Shown one piece after another: positions 61,261 through 64,000 of a stretch of 64,000 bases of DNA. The notes beneath the pieces are model-generated. The model was not told where the DNA came from, ran no database searches, and saw only the letters and a program-made list of their open reading frames with translations. The DNA lies in contig NC_057719.1 in NCBI RefSeq assembly GCF_004010195.1, positions 57,639,023 to 57,703,022 of the forward strand. The letters are read 5' to 3'. Each line of letters begins with the position of its first letter. Position 1 is the stretch's first letter. The position numbers and the translations under genes are program-made. The DNA is from Chiloscyllium plagiosum (Eukaryota).

Positions 61261-63050
61261 TATAGAGGCCAGTATCCTATCACCAAGTCATCCTTTACTT
61301 GCGCGTGGAGAGTCCTTTATGGTGATCCAGCTCCCTCAAAGCCAGCTCTCGGAATGAACAGAACCTCTGACATTCCTGTTTATAGTCACCGCTCCCTGTT
61401 GGCACCAGATTGACATTTCAACCAAGGAACTCATTCATTCTATGGAGGTCTACTTGGCTGACCTCATTAAAATCACTACATCCCTGCTCCTCTACGCCTG
61501 AGGATGTAGGCTGGTTTTGTTTCATAGCTCCTCCTCAGGTGTTTTAGCACTGGGTCAGGTCCTTGCAACTCTGCTACTGGGTCTAACCCGGAGCATCTCG
61601 GAAGAAAATTATTCTCCTTTTCAGGTGGCAAAGGCATTTTGTTGGAAACATTCATCATGTCCATCTCAGATTCTGAGGTGTCTGCAATGGCTTGTGGAGA
61701 GAATGGACCCACAAAACAGTCAGAACGCAGTCGAGGAGCTCGGCACATTTTGCTCCTGCACCGTTTGTGAGTTTGCAGCCTTCATCTGCTCCACGTACTT
61801 GTTCAGGACTGTTAGACCTACCCAAAACTGTATACGTCACTGGACCTGACCTCAATCGACCACGCCTTTTACCCATGCAGGGCCATTCCCATGGGTCCTA
61901 TACCAAATTTTGTTCCCTGAAGTAAACTGTTTCTGTTGGTTAGCTGAGTCTTGTGTCTGGCATTGGTGTTCCTGATGCCATTTCACCCTCCCCCCAGATC
62001 TAGGAAGATCAGATTTAACCTTGTGCAGAGTCTTCTTCCCATTAGCAACTCTTGGTTGCATGAGGAGTAGTCCCATAATCGAATAGGTACCAGGACAATT
62101 TGGTATCTAGTGAAGCTGTAGGCTATTTCTTTAAGCCTGCATTCAAAGTTTGGACTGCTCTTTCTGCCAGATCATTGGTTGATGGATGGTGTGGAGTTGT
62201 CCTTATATGTTGAATACCATATGATTTTAGGAAATACTCAAATTCCCTGCTGGTAAACAATGGCCTGTTATCTGTAACCAACACTTCCAAGAGCCTGTGT
62301 GTATTGCAAAAGATGCATGCAGTTTGTCTCAGCATCCCCGTGTTTGACGAATGAACTCTAAGCACATCCAACCATTTTCAGTGGGCGTCCACATTGACTA
62401 AAAACATTGAGCCCATAGTCGATGTGTTACTGAGTCCATTCCCATGAATGTGGGGGTGTTGCTGGCAGTAATGTTTGTCCTTGTTGGCTCTCCAGGCACT
62501 GCCCATTAAGGTGGCTATGTCTGCATCCAAACCTGGCCACCAGGCATAACCTCTCACCAACTTCTGCATTTTGGAAACCCCGGATGATGCTGGTAGAGTT
62601 CAGCCACTATCTGGTTGCAACCTTTGCTCAGGGCAATCACTCTTGCTCCCCATAATAATATCCTGTCCTCTACTATGATCTGGTCTTTCGAGGAGGCATC
62701 ATGTGTCAAGGTTTTAATTCTGGTTGTGATGGTTTTATGGTTTCCCCTGTCACCACCACAGTTCTGCCAGAACTAGATCTTTCTGTGCCCAAAGTCTGAT
62801 ATTGTCAGCTGTGACCAGAATTGTGCTCAGAAAATTTGAAACCATTACGGATCTTCCACTTGTAGTATCACCACTAGCGGGAGGTGGCTTAAGGCATTCA
62901 CATTTACTATTTAGCCTCTCAGACTGTGTTCCAACTCATAATTATAGGCACTCAATGTTAGAGCCCACTGATGAATTTGACCTGAAGCTATGGGTGTCAC
63001 TGCCTTGTCCTGTTTAAGTAAATCTAGTAGAGGTTTGAAGTCCTATTGTT
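61261..63050 (-). mobile_element. Ty3/gypsy fragment: integrase, polypurine tract and 3' LTR (~61261-61480)
   Basis: VRGYAWWPGLDADI, MFLVNVDAH, LVTDNRPLFTSREF...HPSTNDLAERAVQTL; purine tract GGAGCAGGGA immediately before TGTAGTG at 61480. Confidence 0.8.
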
Positions 63051-63619
63051 ATCGGCCAGAGGCTGCAAGGAAGCAGCTATACTATAATGACCCAGCTTCC
63101 CTCAGCATGTGATCATCTGACTGCCTTCATTGGTTAGGTGATCAGCTGCCATGGAAAGTCAGGTCCAGCACCTATACAGGACTAAAGGCATGGTGACAGG
63201 GGGATGACAGCTTATAAACACTCCAGATGCCTCTTCCTCACAAGGAGAGCCAGAGGAGGTACCACAGAGAGGTTATTCAGAAGTCTCCTCTCAAGAAACT
63301 CCAGAAGTAATCTGGTCTTCCAGCTCATTTGACCCACACCCCCTCTGATCCTTGGAAGTTGAAATCCAAGGAGAGTTCACATGCATCTCACAAGAAGAAC
63401 CTCTGCATGTCTAGGCCATCCAGATACAAATGCCTGAGGCAATCCAATCAAATCTCCAAGGCTTGCCGCATTGGGACGCACTGCCGAGTAGGCTGTCTCT
63501 CCACCTTAGCTGTGGAATCAGGGATTACACTAAGACACAGTGAGATGGAGAGAAAGAAAAATATCTATTGAGGGCACTTTGGTGGCACGGGGCAACTTTC
63601 ATGTTTGTGTAGTTTTCAT

Positions 63620-63860
63620 AATACAGAACAAGGTAAATATATGCTTTGAGAAAAATAAATTAACATTAGACAGTCAACATGGCTTTGTCAAGGGCAGGCC
63701 ATGGCTGACATTTAATTGAGTTCTTTGATGAAGTGTCACAGACAGTGAATGATGGTAATGCTATTGATGGTTGTTTTTGATCTTTCAGCAGGTATTTGAT
63801 ATCATGCTACATGGCAGGTTGGTTTGCAAATTAGAAATGTTTAGGATTATGAGCAGCAAG
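63620..63860 (+). mobile_element. Decayed CR1 RT fragment
   Basis: SQHGFVKGRP...LIEFFDEV...DL..VFD motifs. Confidence 0.7.
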
Positions 63861-64000
63861 GCAAGCTACCTGGATGTGTCACTTCACTATTTGGCAAGAC
63901 ATGGATGCTGCGTGCATGCAGTGAGGCACTAAGTGAGTAAGCATTGAAAGAGCAATGGAATATCTCTGTGAGGTGGGTAGCCATCCCCTGTGCACAAAAT

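Overview
Eukaryotic, AT-rich vertebrate genomic DNA. The repeat content (HE1/V-SINE, Deu-type SINEs, CR1 LINEs, Penelope-like elements) points to a cartilaginous fish such as a shark; this is inference. The only supportable host gene is a two-exon NK2-class homeobox gene on the minus strand, join(3922..4123,3279..3820), 247 aa, best matching NKX2-8/nkx2.9. It has a TATA box, a polyA signal and a compact upstream Gli/Sox/octamer/homeodomain motif cluster, and it sits in a repeat-poor, CpG-retaining zone of about 7.5 kb. The remaining ~56 kb is decayed transposable elements with a few unique islands that may be enhancers. Notable structure: (i) a near full-length CR1-group LINE whose 5' end is a tRNA-derived Pol III head plus Deu-like domain leading straight into the endonuclease with no ORF1, plus several SINE copies that look like internal deletions of it; (ii) a ~15-kb Gmr1-like Ty3/gypsy provirus (integrase before RT) splitting an older LINE and carrying nested insertions four deep; (iii) several Penelope-like families with minimal hammerhead ribozyme motifs, including a head-to-head foldback pair; (iv) a ~4.1-kb 20-bp tandem array interrupted by a 729-bp solo LTR with a perfect 4-bp TSD. 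No prokaryotic-type system or CRISPR array is present. Boundaries of old repeats were set by eye and are approximate.
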